Positions 44,494 through 64,000 of a stretch of 64,000 nucleotides of DNA are shown piece by piece. The notes below the pieces were generated by a model. That model had not been told where the DNA came from. It made no database searches and worked only from the letters and a program-made list of their open reading frames with translations. A program made the translations under genes and the position numbers. The stretch's first letter is position 1; each line of letters starts with the position of its first letter. Source of the DNA: the human T2T-CHM13v2.0 reference genome, Homo sapiens. Location: the NCBI RefSeq assembly GCF_009914755.1, contig NC_060925.1; one strand, written 5' to 3'.

Positions 44494-46888
44494 CAGACAT
44501 ATCTCTTTTTTATTGTGCTTCATTTTATTGCACTTCACAGATACTGTGCTTTTTACAAATCAAAGGTTTGTGGCAACCCTGTGTCCAGCAAGTCTATTGG
44601 CACCATTTTCCCAATAGCATGTGCTCACTTTGTGTCTCTGTGTCACGTTTTGGTCATTCTTACAATATTTTAAGCTTTTTCATTTCATATTTAGGAAAAA
44701 TATGTTAGGCTTCAATAGTAAATATATATTATATTTACTATTATGGTATAAGTATGTTATGTTGTGGTTATCTTGTGGTGACCTGTGATCAGTGATCTTT
44801 GATGCTACTATTGTAATTATTTTGGGGTATCAAGAAGCATGCTCATGTAAGACAGTGAACTTAATAAATGTGTGTTCTGACTGCTCTACCAACTAGCCAA
44901 TGCAATCTCCCATCTCTCTCCCTCTCCTCCGGCATCTCTATCTCCTGAGACACAACATTTAAATTAGACCAGTTAATAACTTTACAATGGCCTCAAAGTG
45001 TTCAAGTTAAAGGAAGAGTCACAAATCTCTCACTTTCAATCAAAGGCTAGCATGATTAAGCTTAGTGAGGAAGGCATGTCAAAAACCCAGACAGGCCAAA
45101 AGCTAGAGCTCTTGCACTAAACAATTAGTCAAGTTATAAATAAAGAGGAAAAGTTCCTGAAGGAAATTGAAAGTGTTACCCTAGTGAACAACATGAATGA
45201 AAAGAATGTGAAACAGCCTTACCGCTGATATGGAAAAGGTTTTAGTGATCTGGATAGAAGATCAAACCAGGCACTCCCTTAAGCCAAAGCCTAATCAAAA
45301 CAAGGCCCTAACTGTTCAATTCTGTGTAGTCTGAGAGAGGTGAGGAAGCTGCAGAAAAAAATTTGGAAGCTAGAGGAGGTTGGCTCATGAGGTTCAAAGA
45401 AAAAAGCCATCTTCATCACATAAGAGTACAAGGTGAAGCAGCAAGGGCTAATGTGGAAGCTGCAAGTTATTCAGAAGATCTAGCTTAGATAATTGTTGAA
45501 GGTGGCTACACTAAATAACCAATTTTCAATGTAGACAAAATAGCCTTCTATTGAAAGAAGATGCTATCTGGGACCTTTGTAGCTAGAGGGGAGAAGTCAA
45601 TACCTGGCTTCAAAGCTTCAAAGGGGATGATGACTGCATTAGGGACTAACGCAGCTGGTAATAAAGTTGAAGCCAATGTTCACTTACCATTCAGAAAATC
45701 CTAGGGCCCTTAAGAATTATGCTAAACCTACTCTGCCTGTGCTCTATAAATGAAACAAGAAAGCTGCAATGACGACGTGGTTTATCAAAGACTTTAAGCC
45801 CACTGTTGAGTTCTACTGCTTAGAGAAAATATTCTTTTCAAAATATTACTACTCATTGAAAAGGCACTTAGTCACCCAAGAGCTCTGATGAAGATGTACA
45901 AGGAGATGATTGTTGTTAACATGCCTGCTAACATATTTATTCTGCAGCCCATGGATCAAGGATTAATTTTCACTTACAAGTCACTCTTTAAGAAACACAT
46001 TTTGTAAGGCTACAGTTGTTGTAGATAGTAATTCCTCTAATAGATCAGGGCAAAGCCAATTGAAAACCTCCTGGAAAGAATTCACCATTCTAGATACCTT
46101 TAAGAACATTTGTGACTTATGGGCAGAGGTCAAAATATTAATATTAACTGCAGTTTGCAAGAAGTTAATTCCAACCCTCATGGATGACTCTGAGGGGTAC
46201 AAGACCTCAGTGGAGAAAGTCATTGTATTTGTGGTGGAAACCTCAAGAGAACTAGAATTAGAAGTGGAGCCTAAAGAAGTGACTGAATTGCTGCAATCTT
46301 GTGATAAAATTTGACCAGATGAGAAGCTGCTTCTTACGGATGAACAATAAAAGTGTTTCTTGAGATGGAATCTATTCCTGGTGAAGATGCTGTGTATATT
46401 GTTTAAATGACAACCAAGGATTTAGAATATTACATAAACCTTATTTGATAAAGAAGCAGCATAGTTTGAGGGGACTGATTCCAATTTTGAAAGAAGTTCT
46501 ATGGATAAAATGCAATCACACAGCTTCACATGTTACAGAGACATCTTTGAAAACTTCATTGTTGCCTTATTTTCAGAAATTGCTGCAGCCACTCAACCCT
46601 GAGCTACCACTACCCTGATCAGTCAGCAGCCATCAACCTCTAGGCAAGACCCTCCACCAGCAAAAAGATTACAATTTGCTGAAGGCTCAGATGTTTGTTA
46701 GCATTTTTTAGCAATAAAGTATTTTTAATTATGATATGCACATTGTTTTGCAAACATGTGTTTGCACACTTAATAGACTATAGGTAGTGTAAACATAACT
46801 TTTATATGCACTGAAAAACCAGAATTTCGTGTGACTTGCTTTACTGTGGTGGTCTGGAACCAAACTCAGTATCTCCAAGGTGTGCCTG
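44494..46888 (+). mobile_element. Tigger1 DNA transposon, near full-length
   Basis: TA|cagacatatctc ... aaggtgtgcctg|TA terminal inverted repeats with TA TSD; 2395 bp; transposase remnants. Confidence 0.93.
44987..46350 (+). pseudogene. Tigger1 (pogo-family) transposase, decayed
   Basis: atggcctcaaagtgttca start; 'ctgcagcccatggatcaagga' (LQPMDQG); 'KTSWKEFTILDTFKNICDLW'; multiple stops and frameshifts. Confidence 0.85.
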
Positions 46889-46890
46889 TA

Positions 46891-47420
46891 TTGGTTTTCA
46901 GCACTTTGACTATAATGTGTGTAGTTGTGGTTTTCTTTGCATCTATCCTACCTGAAGAGTGTTGGATCTCTTATATCTTGAGTTTGAAATTTTTAATTAA
47001 ATTTAGAAATTTTTCAGCCATTGTTTATCTGGATATATTTTTCTGAACCATTATCTCGCCCTTTTTCTAGGACTCTAATTGCAGATATGCAGAATGGCTT
47101 GATTTAGCTTCACAGGTCATTCTGGCTCAATTTTGTTTTTAACTTCTGCTGTCTGTGCTTTAGTTGAATAACTCTTGGTGCATCTTCAAGTTCCTTAATC
47201 CTTTTCTCTTAAATATTCAATCTGCTTTTAATCCTCTTGAATGAACTGTTTGCCTTTTTCAGTTCTGGAATTTCCATTTAGTTCTTCTTTTGAGTCTTTA
47301 TAGCTCCACAGAATTCTTCATTTTTTCACTCATTATATATATCTTTTCTTATAATTTATTTAATACATTTTAATATTTAAAAGTCATTGTTTGCTAATCA
47401 CACCATCTATAATTTTTTCT
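46891..47420 (-). mobile_element. Old L1M fragment (ORF1 region)
   Basis: T-rich; 'gaaatttttcagccattgttt', 'tttcagttctggaatttccatt' typical of antisense L1M ORF1. Confidence 0.6.
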
Positions 47421-48106
47421 GTGACCTTCTCTATAATGTCTTCCTATCCAAATAGACCAAAAACTTTACAACACAGAGATTATGAATGGCTGTTTCTCTT
47501 CTTTATCCAAGAGTAAATACCTAATATGTATTTGTTGAGTGAAGGAATGAATAAAAGATCAGTCCCCTAAGCACCACAAGCTTTACAAGTGCAATGCCAT
47601 AAAAAATGCTCATAAAGACACTTGTAACAAATTTTTGAACCAAGCCCCAAATATAAAAATGGTTCCAGTGGCATATATATTTTTCACTATTAAAGTTATA
47701 GTAATGGAAGTCATTTTACTCAAATGCTTTTTAATTTTTCATAGTTGATATTAACATAAGGATTTTTTTGTCTGGTAGTGCCATAGATGGAGCAGAGTGA
47801 AGCAAGATAAAGCCTGTTGATTTTTCAATTCTTGTAGTTTTCCTAAGCTTGCAGGTGAGTAGTCATCATTTTTATGATTCTCTTTTTCAAAACCATCCAC
47901 AATATTTTCTGTGGTTCCTGTGTGATTCATCTATAGTAGGTTGTTCATGTAAAGACCACATAACTGCAATTGGCTATTCTCTGTCTCTCTCTCTCAAAAT
48001 TTAACTGGTAAAGCAGCATAAAGCAACACAAATCTCAGTGAGACGCCATTAAGTATACCTGATCTTGGAAGCTACTTTCTTTAAATACATTTAGAATTTA
48101 ACCTGA

Positions 48107-48317
48107 CTGTAGGTTTCAGAGTCCAAATCAAATCCCATGTGGAAGTCAGCCCCTTTGAAAAATTCTCATAAGTTTACCAGTGGACCAGAATAACATAGTT
48201 AAAAAACAAATGTCTGTAGGTTTCAGAGTCCAAATCAAATCCCATGTGGAAGTCAGCCCCTTTGAAAAATTCTCATAAGTTTACCAGTGGACCAGAATAA
48301 CATAGTTAAAAAACAAA
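48107..48317. repeat. Perfect tandem duplication, 104 bp identical, 107-bp period
   Basis: 48107-48210 equals 48214-48317 base for base. Confidence 0.97.
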
Positions 48318-48446
48318 AGTGTGCCAAGTAGAATCAGATGACAAATCTCCAGTATCCAGTATATTTTTAAAAATATGTTACTGTGTTTGAACCAAATACA
48401 GTATGGAGGTATGGAGCTGGGAAATTCCAACAATAAAATGACTATG

Positions 48447-48757
48447 GCAGTTCCTCTGATCTGAAGGGGATACGTTCCCAGAGCCCCAGTGGATGCCTAA
48501 AACCACAGATAACAGTGAACTCTACTGATGCTATATATTTTTTCCTATATATACATACCTGTGATAAAATTTAGTTTATAAATTAGGCACAGTAAATATT
48601 AGAAACAGTAACTAATAGTTAAATGAAACAATTTTAACAATATATTGTAATAAAAGTTATGTGAATGTGGTCTGTCTCTCTCAGAAGATATCCTATTGTG
48701 CTGAACCACAGGTAACTGAAGGTACAGAAAGTAAAATAGTGGGTGGGGGTAACTATC
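48447..48757 (+). mobile_element. MER44A-like Tigger MITE
   Basis: 'ggggatacgttcccagagccccagtggatgcctaaaacc...aaattaggcacagtaa...aaagttatgtgaatgtggtc'. Confidence 0.8.
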
Positions 48758-50792
48758 CCATGTATATCCTGGCACACATAGCCCTGGCTACACATAGCAA
48801 TGACTCAAGGATCAAGTCCCTAACTCCTTTTATTTTATACTCCAGACTTTCTGCCTTTCTAAGAATCTTGAAAAATAAGAGACTGCATTTTGTTTTTGTT
48901 TCATTAAAGGCGGGTGTAGTGAATGTTTATAGAATATCAATAATGTAGTTTGTAGCTTTGCATAATTAAAGGCACCCCTTATGTTAATAAAATTACATGA
49001 AAAGAGGCAGTACAAAACAAAGCATTAATATGTTCACACATTTGGTCTTATTTCAGGCAAGCTTAATTACAAAGACATGGGTGTCTGCTATACCTATAAA
49101 AATATTTTTTGTCACTTAGAGCTATCAAGCCTTATACCCATTTATGATATTAGTGAAAAAGAGCAAACATCATCATAATGGCCCACCAGTGAATACTTGC
49201 AGCCATGGCTGTGTAGACTATGAATCTGTAAATAGAAGCATATGTAAATGAACAAAGACTTTCCACACACACACGCAAAAGAAGATAATATGTTATTCTC
49301 TGTGTCTATGTTAAAGTGCCAACCAACAGAAAAAGCTGAGGAGATTCATTTCTCACGTGCATCATTAGTGTCAGATGCAGCAATTGTGATAATGCAAAAT
49401 CCACAGTTGTTTTAAGTCAGAAAACCCAGATTGAGTTCTAGCTTCTCCTGTTCCTCACTTCATGCCATTGGGCAAGACACTTAACTTCTCTGAGCCCCAA
49501 ATTTTTAATTTTTGAAGGTTAAATCAATAATTTATATAAGTCACGCACTTGGTATGAGGACTATACAAAAGTTACATAGTGATTTATATTTATGTTAATA
49601 ATTTTTAATATCTGGTGTCTGGCACATATTATGCAGGTAACAAATATTTATTCCACTTCCTCCTCTTGTCTGACAGAATTGTGAAGATCAAGTGAGGTAG
49701 TATATATGAATGAACTTTACATGAAAGAGATAAAATATAGCTATTTTCCTTGTTGTTGCAAAGAATATGAGCACACTAAGTTTCTACCTAGGAACAAACA
49801 ATTGAACTGTGATTCATTTTAAGTTTACAAGATAGTTCAGGGCTGGATTTTAGATAGAGAGCAGCAAAGCTCACAATGTTTTTGGATAAAATTTACCCTG
49901 AGCATCCATTCAGAGAGTGAACTAACTCTGAGACAATCACAGGCAATTGGGACAGCTTTTGGGACTATAATATGCATATGAGTCCCAAGCATGCTGTTCC
50001 TTACAAATGCAGAATAAACAATTCCCTACATAAGATTTGAACCAGGTACTATGCAATCCCTATATTTCCATAAATAGCCAGGTTCCAAAGTGCCTTATAT
50101 TCCATCAAGGGAGATTCATTTTACCATCATTGGTATAGGGGTTACGGAAAATTACAGAAATTAAAAGCACTTTGTAAGCCATTATTCACTCAACAAACTA
50201 GACTGATTATCACCTTCATCACTGTCACCATTGCCATCAATTGGTTCTATTCCCAACAAATTACTTCTGGTTGAGAAAATGGGTAAAATTCATTCACACG
50301 AAAATGTTAGGTAAAGGACAGGAGAGATCAAGATCACTATTTGCCTTGCTTTGGTGAAATGCTGGGTAAAGAGGGTGACCTAAAATATGGAAGGAGTCAG
50401 AAGAAAAAAAAATTGGTAGCAATTGTAACATTTGTTAATAATCTGCCAAATAATGGGCTAAGCTCATTACATGAATTATCTTATTTAAGGAATTAGTTAA
50501 GGGATAATTTAGCACATTTACAAATACTTTATAAGAGAATTTGGAGATACTAATACTCTCCGGATATAAAGCTTGGAATTTCATTAGCCATCATGAGCTT
50601 ATAAAGTAAGCTACCCTGAGAACAATGCTGGCACCCCAAGCAGGGCAGAGTCAAGAGAATCACAGAGACATAGTGTCACTGCCATGATTAAGGGACATGT
50701 GAAGCTCACCATATTCTCTTATTCCCCATTAATGTGCACTTCGTGAAAAGTAAACTATAAAATGTAAATAAATAGCATAGGGCCTGCCTGGA

Positions 50793-51206
50793 TGCTATAT
50801 TTGGCTTGCTCGACCCCTCCAAATGTTATATGGAAATTTTATCCCCAGTATTGGAGGTGGGCCTAACTAGAATTGTTTGAGTTATGGAGGCAAATCCCTC
50901 ATGAATGTCTTCATCTTACTTTATTAGTTACCAAGAAAGCTGGTTGTTAAAAAGAGCCCAGCACCTCCCCCACCCTTTTCGCCTCTCTCTTGCGTCCTCT
51001 CTCCCTTGCCATGTGATCTCAGTACACACCAGTTCCTCTTAGCCTTTTGCTGTGAGTATAAGCAGTCTGAAGCCCTCACCCAAAGCAGATGCTGGCATCA
51101 TGCTTCTTGTACAGTCTACAGAACTGTGAGCTAAATAAACCTTTCTACTTTATAAATTACCCAGCTTCAGGTAGTCCTTTATAGCAACACTAAATGGACT
51201 GAGACA
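50793..51206 (+). mobile_element. MST (MSTB-like) MaLR solo LTR
   Basis: tgctatatttgg...tttatagcaacactaaatggactgagaca; TSD ctgga/ctggc. Confidence 0.88.
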
Positions 51207-51413
51207 CTGGCCTAATGCCTGTAAGGTTTTGCCTATGTATAACCTTATTATGAGAATATCACCTATTCCTTGTGTATACCCACATTGTTGAAATCCACCC
51301 ATTCCAAAGTATGTCCTTCAAAGAGTGGCACAATTTATATCTAGAGAAAAATTAACATAAGAAATAAGTACTTAAGAAAATTGTCTTCCTTAAATTATAA
51401 TCTATTTAAAGAG

Positions 51414-52057
51414 TGTGGGATGTGTGTCAACTTGACTGGGCTACAGGTGCACAGACATTTAGTCAAACATTATTCTGATCGTGTCTGTATGGATGTTTCC
51501 GATTAGATTAAATTTAAATCAATAGATGAGTAAAGAAGATTGCCCTCTCCAGTGTGGGTGAACCTCATCCAATCAATTGAAGACCACAATCAAACAATAA
51601 GGCTGAGTAAGAGGGAACTTTTCTTGCCTGAGTGGTTTAAGCTGGGACATTGGTCTTTTCCTGCCTTCAGACTCAAAATGAAACATCTGCTCTTTATGGC
51701 TTGAGCCTGTTGGCTTTTTGACTAGAACTTACACCATCGGGTCTCCTGTTTCTTAGGCCTTCAGATTTAGAGTGGAACTATACTGTCATCTCTCCTGTGT
51801 CTCCAGCTTTCCATGTGACCATAGAACCTCTCAGACTCCATAATCATGTGAGCCAATTCTCTATAATAAATTATATATATATAAATGATATGTATATTAT
51901 ACTATATTATATATCTATTACTATATATAATTTTATATGTAAGTATATATTAGCTACATATTTTAAATTATGTGTATAATGATATATTTATTTATTTATT
52001 TATTTATTTATTTATACATATCCTGTTAGTTCTGTTTCTCTGGAGAACTCTAACACA
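51414..52057 (+). mobile_element. MLT2 (HERVL) LTR with internal TA/TTTA repeats
   Basis: 'gtgtcaacttgactgggcta', 'cctcatccaatcaattgaag', end 'ttctgtttctctggagaactctaacaca'. Confidence 0.88.
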
Positions 52058-53547
52058 AGGAGAGAATCTTGGTTTTTAGTTATGGTGAAGCAGCTTGATT
52101 AGACTAACCCCCCTACTGATAACAACTATAAACTAAGGAAATAATAAAGAAAACAATCATGGAAGTCATTGGAGAATGACCAAAAGCAGAACCTAGAGAG
52201 GGTATCACCCTTATCAAGAAGGAAACACACTAGGAGGAGATCCACAAGCAATACTTATATTTTCTCTCAGGATGCTACTAGTCTTGTGGCTCACGAAGGG
52301 ATAGAGCTCAAACAAAAAGAAGAAATTCTATTGATCTGGGAAGTATTTTTCTTTTTTCTTTTCCTTTTTCTTTCTTTCTTTCTTTCTTTTTTTTTTTTAG
52401 TTCAGCGCCACTAGAACAGTGGGAAACTAGTAAGGGAACACCTCAGAAAGATGCAGCTACAGAAGCAGCAACTGCAAATATGCACACAAATTCCCCTCAA
52501 ATCCTGAATTGACCCTGAATTGCACATAGATAAGGCAAGGTTTCAGGGACACTAGCAGAAGGATACAGGTGGAAGGTTTAAAGAACTTTTTGAGATTTCA
52601 GTAGCTGCCCATTACCGGACAGACAGAGATTGGAGTTGGAGTCTTGTCAAGTTAGAAAGGCTTAGTAAATACCTTGCATTTTCACTTGACACCAAACTGT
52701 ATATCCAGTGGCAAAAGCAAAACAGAAGTAGACTTATCCCAACAAAGGCCCAAACGAAGTTTCCACCCATAATTAAACTGCTCACTAGAATAAAACAAAT
52801 CATCCTTCATAAAAGACTTTTTAAAATGAAAAGATAAAAAATGGGCAAAGAGATGGGTACATTTTTGGAAAAGGTACAAACTGTAAATGAACTACATGGA
52901 AATTCTAGACTTGAAAAAGAAGCATGTGAAATAAGAAATTTGTTGGATAAGTTTACCAGCATATTTAGCACAACAAAAAAAAAGGATATATGAGGCTGAA
53001 TCACAGAAAGATAAAATGAATTAAGACAAATGAGCAAACCCTCAATGACTTGTGGTATAAAATCTAAAATACATGTAATCAGAGTCCCAGAAATAGAAGA
53101 TAAAGAAAAAGGGTAAAAAGTCACTTTTTCAATACATAGATAGAGGAAGATCAGAGCACCCCAAGCAATAAAAATATTTAAAAATACAAAAGAAACAAAA
53201 AAAAAATAAAAATAGGCAATTTGGAACCAATCTTACATAAACCAAAGAAAAGAAAAGAATATCTTAAAATTGGTTGAGGGAGGGGGAACTATTGCTTACT
53301 GGGGAACAACAGTAAGAATGACAGCATTAGGAGATCGAAGATAAGAAAACAATTTTTGAAGTGTTATAAGAAAAAAAAATGTTAGCCTAAGATGATATAA
53401 ACTGGGAAATCGTCCTTAAGAGATAAAAGCCAAATAAATACATTTGCAGAAAAATCAAAATCTTGAGAATGTGTTGCATATAGATTTGCTCTCCAAGAAA
53501 TGCTACAGGTTCCTCAAGTTGAATGGAAATGAAGCCAGATAAAACTA

Positions 53548-53881
53548 CAGTTGTCCCTCAATATCCATGGGAAATTGTCTCCAGGACCCCCTGGGATACC
53601 ACAATTCCCAGATGCTTAATTCCTTTATATAACAAGTGTATTATTGCATACGACCTACACATTTTCTCTTGTATACCTCAAATCATCTCTAAATTACTAA
53701 TAATACCTAATACAATGTAAATGCTGTCTAAATAGTTGTTATACTGTATTGATTAAGGGATAATGACAAGAAAAAAAGTCTATACAGTTCAGTACAGACC
53801 CAACAATTTTTTTCAAATATTTTCCATCTGCATGTATATGAATCCACAGATGCAGAATTCACAGATGAGAAGGGCCAACCG
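53548..53881 (+). mobile_element. MER2 Tigger-family MITE
   Basis: TA|cagttgtccctc ... agggccaaccg|TA; 334 bp. Confidence 0.88.
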
Positions 53882-54080
53882 TACAGATCTCTGAGAAGAA
53901 ATTTAATAATGAATATGTGGGTAGTAATAAATATTTTTTTCTTAAATTCTTTGGAAGTTAACTCACAGTTTAAATAAAAACAGTAATTTTTTTTTTGGTG
54001 AGGCTTATAATAGATCCAAAGTAAAATTCATTATAACTATAGCATAATAGACAGGAAGTGTGTAAATATAATAAATTACA

Positions 54081-54134
54081 ATGTTGCAAGGTTCTTACTC
54101 TTTCCACATGTTGCAAGATTCTTACTTTTTCCAC
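54081..54134. repeat. Two-copy 27-bp tandem duplication
   Basis: atgttgcaag(g/a)ttcttact(c/t)tttccac twice. Confidence 0.9.
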
Positions 54135-55707
54135 GAGGTAGTAAAATATTAATTCATAGGAGTCTGTTGTGTGTGTGCATTGTAATATCTAGAGTAATCT
54201 GTTGACAAAATAATGTAATGAAGGGACTCTAAAAATCAAATAGGACAATAAAATGAATCCTAAACAATACTCTGCTCAAAATAAGTCAGTAAAAGGAATA
54301 ACAAAGATCAGAGGGTGCACATACATAAAACTTAGCAAGATAGTGAGTGATAAGCTCAATCACATCAATAAGTGTATTAAATGTAACGAATAAAACACTC
54401 TAATTATATTTGTCAATAAATCAATGTAAAAATAATTTAGTTTGCCCAGATCAAGATAATAGATTAAATACAGACATTTAATTTCTGCTCATTTCCTGCC
54501 TTATATAAGCCTGCTAAAATTAGAGTAAAAGTGTTTTATTTTTCTTTTTGCCCCAAATGGTTTTTTGGGTGTTAATTCCTAAATCAAAGAGAATATGAAA
54601 GGACACAAGAGCATTAAAGATATATATATTTCGGAAAGTGAGAAAAAAGAAAGAAGAAGAAATTATCAATGGCATAAGTCAAGAAGATGTCATAGAACTG
54701 AAGGACATAGACATGAGCTCCCAGATGTAAACAGCTCACCAAGCAACTAGTACAATGGTTGTGAATTAACTCACATCATTGTGAAATTTCAGAGTGCTGA
54801 AGGCAAATAGAAGGTGATACTGGCTTGCAGAGAGGCAAAACAAAAACAAAAAACGTTTTTTATACAAAGGTTTGGAGGCTAGTTGATGGAAGTTTTTTTT
54901 AAGCTAGAAGACAGTGGAGCAAGTCTTCAAAATTCTGAGCAAAAATGATTTCTAATCTAGAGTTCCATACTAATGCCTAATAATTTTACTTCTAATGTAC
55001 CATTTTTAATAAGCTACTGAAAACAGAATCCAATAATTTAAACAACAACAAAAAGTAACCAAGAAGGAGAAATACAAGAAATCTAAGAAATAGGGAATCC
55101 ATTACAGGATGGAAGTTAAAGGAATCCACAGGATGACGGTAGAGGAAAAGCCAACTCATATTCATTTGCTACGTAGCAGGTCAGAAATCTCCCAAAGAGA
55201 TTTTTTTTTTCAAGAAAATAATGGGTAGAATATTTAATAGGATTTAATCTAGTAAGAATAAAATTGTGTACACCAGTTAAGGAAGGTTTGGGTTTGAAAT
55301 ACCAAGAGAACATAAAATACTAAGACAAAAAAAGTAATCCATCAACAAGGGCAAATGACCAGACCAAGCATATGCCATGTCTGCTAAAATGGCAACAAGC
55401 CAGTCTTAACAATGAAGCTAGTTCATGAGGGAAAATCATGAAAATTATGGAGACAGGAGTGGTAGTCGGGTTTATTTTACTTATTGTTCATCACATTCTT
55501 GGAGAACACACAGAAATCTAATGGAGCTGGAAGTCAGATTCTTTGTGAGAGACTTTAAAATTACATGATTGGGGAAAATCATGCAATTTAAAGGATACTG
55601 ACTCTTACTGGTATAAGAGGCTAGCATCCAACAGCAACACAACATGGAAACCAACCCTATTTTATAAGCAACCTATTCATGTATGGAAATCACCTACCTT
55701 TCTAAAA

Positions 55708-56221
55708 TGTTATAGGCACCCTCTGAGGTGGCCCACTAATGATCGGCACTTCCTGATGTTCATATTTTTTGTTTAATATCCCATTCTTTGAGTATAGGCT
55801 GGACTTATTGACTCACTTCTAAGGAATGGATGCTGTGGAATATCACTTTCTAAATTAGGTTATAAAAAGACTGTGGCTTCCATCTTTGGTTCTCCCTCTC
55901 CCTCTGTCTTGTTCACTCCAGGGGAAACCAGGTTCCATGTCATGGGGCAGCCCTGTAGATCAGCCCACATAGTTGAACTTGGAAATAGATTTTCTAAATC
56001 TTACCAAGAGTCACATGTGTGAACTTGTAAGTGACTCTCCCCCAAGTCAAGTTTTGAAATTACTGGACTCCTTGATTACATCCTGATAAGGGAGTAAATC
56101 ATCACCCTCTAGCTCAACTACTCCTCCTTATGACTCACTGTAACTGTGAAGTAATAAACCTTTTTGCTTTCAGTTGCTATGTCCTGGGGAAATTTGTTAT
56201 GCAGCAATAGACAGCTAATAC
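55708..56221 (+). mobile_element. MLT1F-like MaLR LTR
   Basis: 'gagtataggctggacttattgactcacttctaa', 'attaggttataaaaagactgtggcttcc', end 'ttgttatgcagcaatagacagctaata'. Confidence 0.8.
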
Positions 56222-57249
56222 GCCTAGTGTGATCAGAAAGCTGGGCTTCAGGCCTTGCAGTTACACCTTATATGGTAAGGTGAATGGCTGACCCAATTTA
56301 CCCCCTCAGCTTTCTACCAAAATTGATTGCCTTAAGCACTCAGTTATGACCAGTTTTCATAGCATTTTGTAGAAGGCCACCTTGCAAAGAAGTCTTAAAC
56401 AAACTAATCTTTGATTCTCAGTTTAAACCTTCTCTGTGATCACAAAAGGGGACTTCATAGATCAGAAAGATCTATAGACATCAGACCTATAGATCAGATT
56501 AGAATACACTAACATGTCAGCAACTTGTAGTTGCAATGCTAGTCACAAATATGATTATGATAAACTCTGGAGGATGGATAACAGAATACATAGGAGAAGA
56601 AACATTTCAAAAAATACACTTGAAGCTCTCTTCTATGTCAGACTATGGGAGCTCTGACCTGACTAGAGAAAAGGTCCCAATGTTCTTACTTGGGTGCCTT
56701 ATACAAACATCCTTCCTGTTACTCTATTCAGGACAATGATTCTCCCACTTTTCCACTTGTTGATAACCTCTATAAAACATAATGCTGGTAAGGATGAAAC
56801 ACTTCTTCATTGGCCAATATTGAAAAGCCATTCCATTGTATAAAACTACCCTTGCGAAAGAATCTTAGCTAGCCCACGGTGACTCCAAGTCCCAGACTAT
56901 CTAAATGGCCATTTGACTTAGCTTGATGTAAAAAAAAATCTATATTATAGTCAGATTAATCACCCCTACATGGGGATAAAATATAACTGAGGTTGTGGAT
57001 TATTTTGACTTTCACTATCAGTGCCCTTTCCTTCAGTAAGATAACTTGTTTGAACCACAGGGGCCAGAAAACAAGCCCTGGAAAACTCGCAGTGGCCAGA
57101 TAATCAATTTAATGCAGCATATTAGAGTCTCCTTTGGCAGACAGGGGAGCATCATGTATCTACATAGAAAGAACCACATGGAAGGGGCACATTGTCCCAT
57201 CCAGAGAGTGCCATTTATAGTCCTAGGGTCTAGTCACTGGCTGCTCTCA

Positions 57250-58425
<1,176 letters not shown>

Positions 58426-58464
58426 AAGAAAAAAATTCGTTACAAGAATCATTGGATAGATTTA

Positions 58465-64000
<5,536 letters not shown>

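Larger units (their letters stand above)
52060..55330 (+). mobile_element. Old L1M 5'/ORF1 fragments
   Basis: 'atacatgtaatcagagtcccagaa' and 'aagctagaagacagtggagc...tcttcaaaattctgag' are L1 ORF1-like. Confidence 0.65.

Noticed and set aside
47779-47860. Possible exon ending at a consensus donor CAG|GTGAGT (47855)
   Set aside because: About one such 9-mer is expected by chance in 64 kb; weak acceptor and no partner exons identifiable

Overview
This is AT-rich human genomic DNA (an intact AluYb8, a human-specific subfamily, is present). It looks like a gene desert or large intron and is dominated by transposable elements. I can support no host protein-coding exon or RNA gene. All long ORFs derive from LINE-1, Tigger1 or Alu. 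Main elements: a full-length, coding-dead L1PA2-type LINE-1 (23911-29970, perfect 17-bp TSD, CpG-rich 5'UTR, open antisense ORF0); an older L1PB-type LINE-1 running off the right edge; a near full-length Tigger1; solo LTRs (MER11, THE1, MER21, MST, MLT2, MLT1F); MITEs (MER85, MER53, MER44A, MER2); 11 Alus; and old L1M/L2/MIR fragments. I did not find a convincing novel biological system. The best second-look items are a ~45-bp templated insertion with a snap-back hairpin inside Tigger1, copied from 2 kb away; a perfect 104-bp tandem duplication; a MER85 retaining the CSB-PGBD3 palindrome; and a MER11 LTR with HNF4-like motifs. Subfamily calls come from recalled consensus sequences, and boundaries of old elements are approximate.
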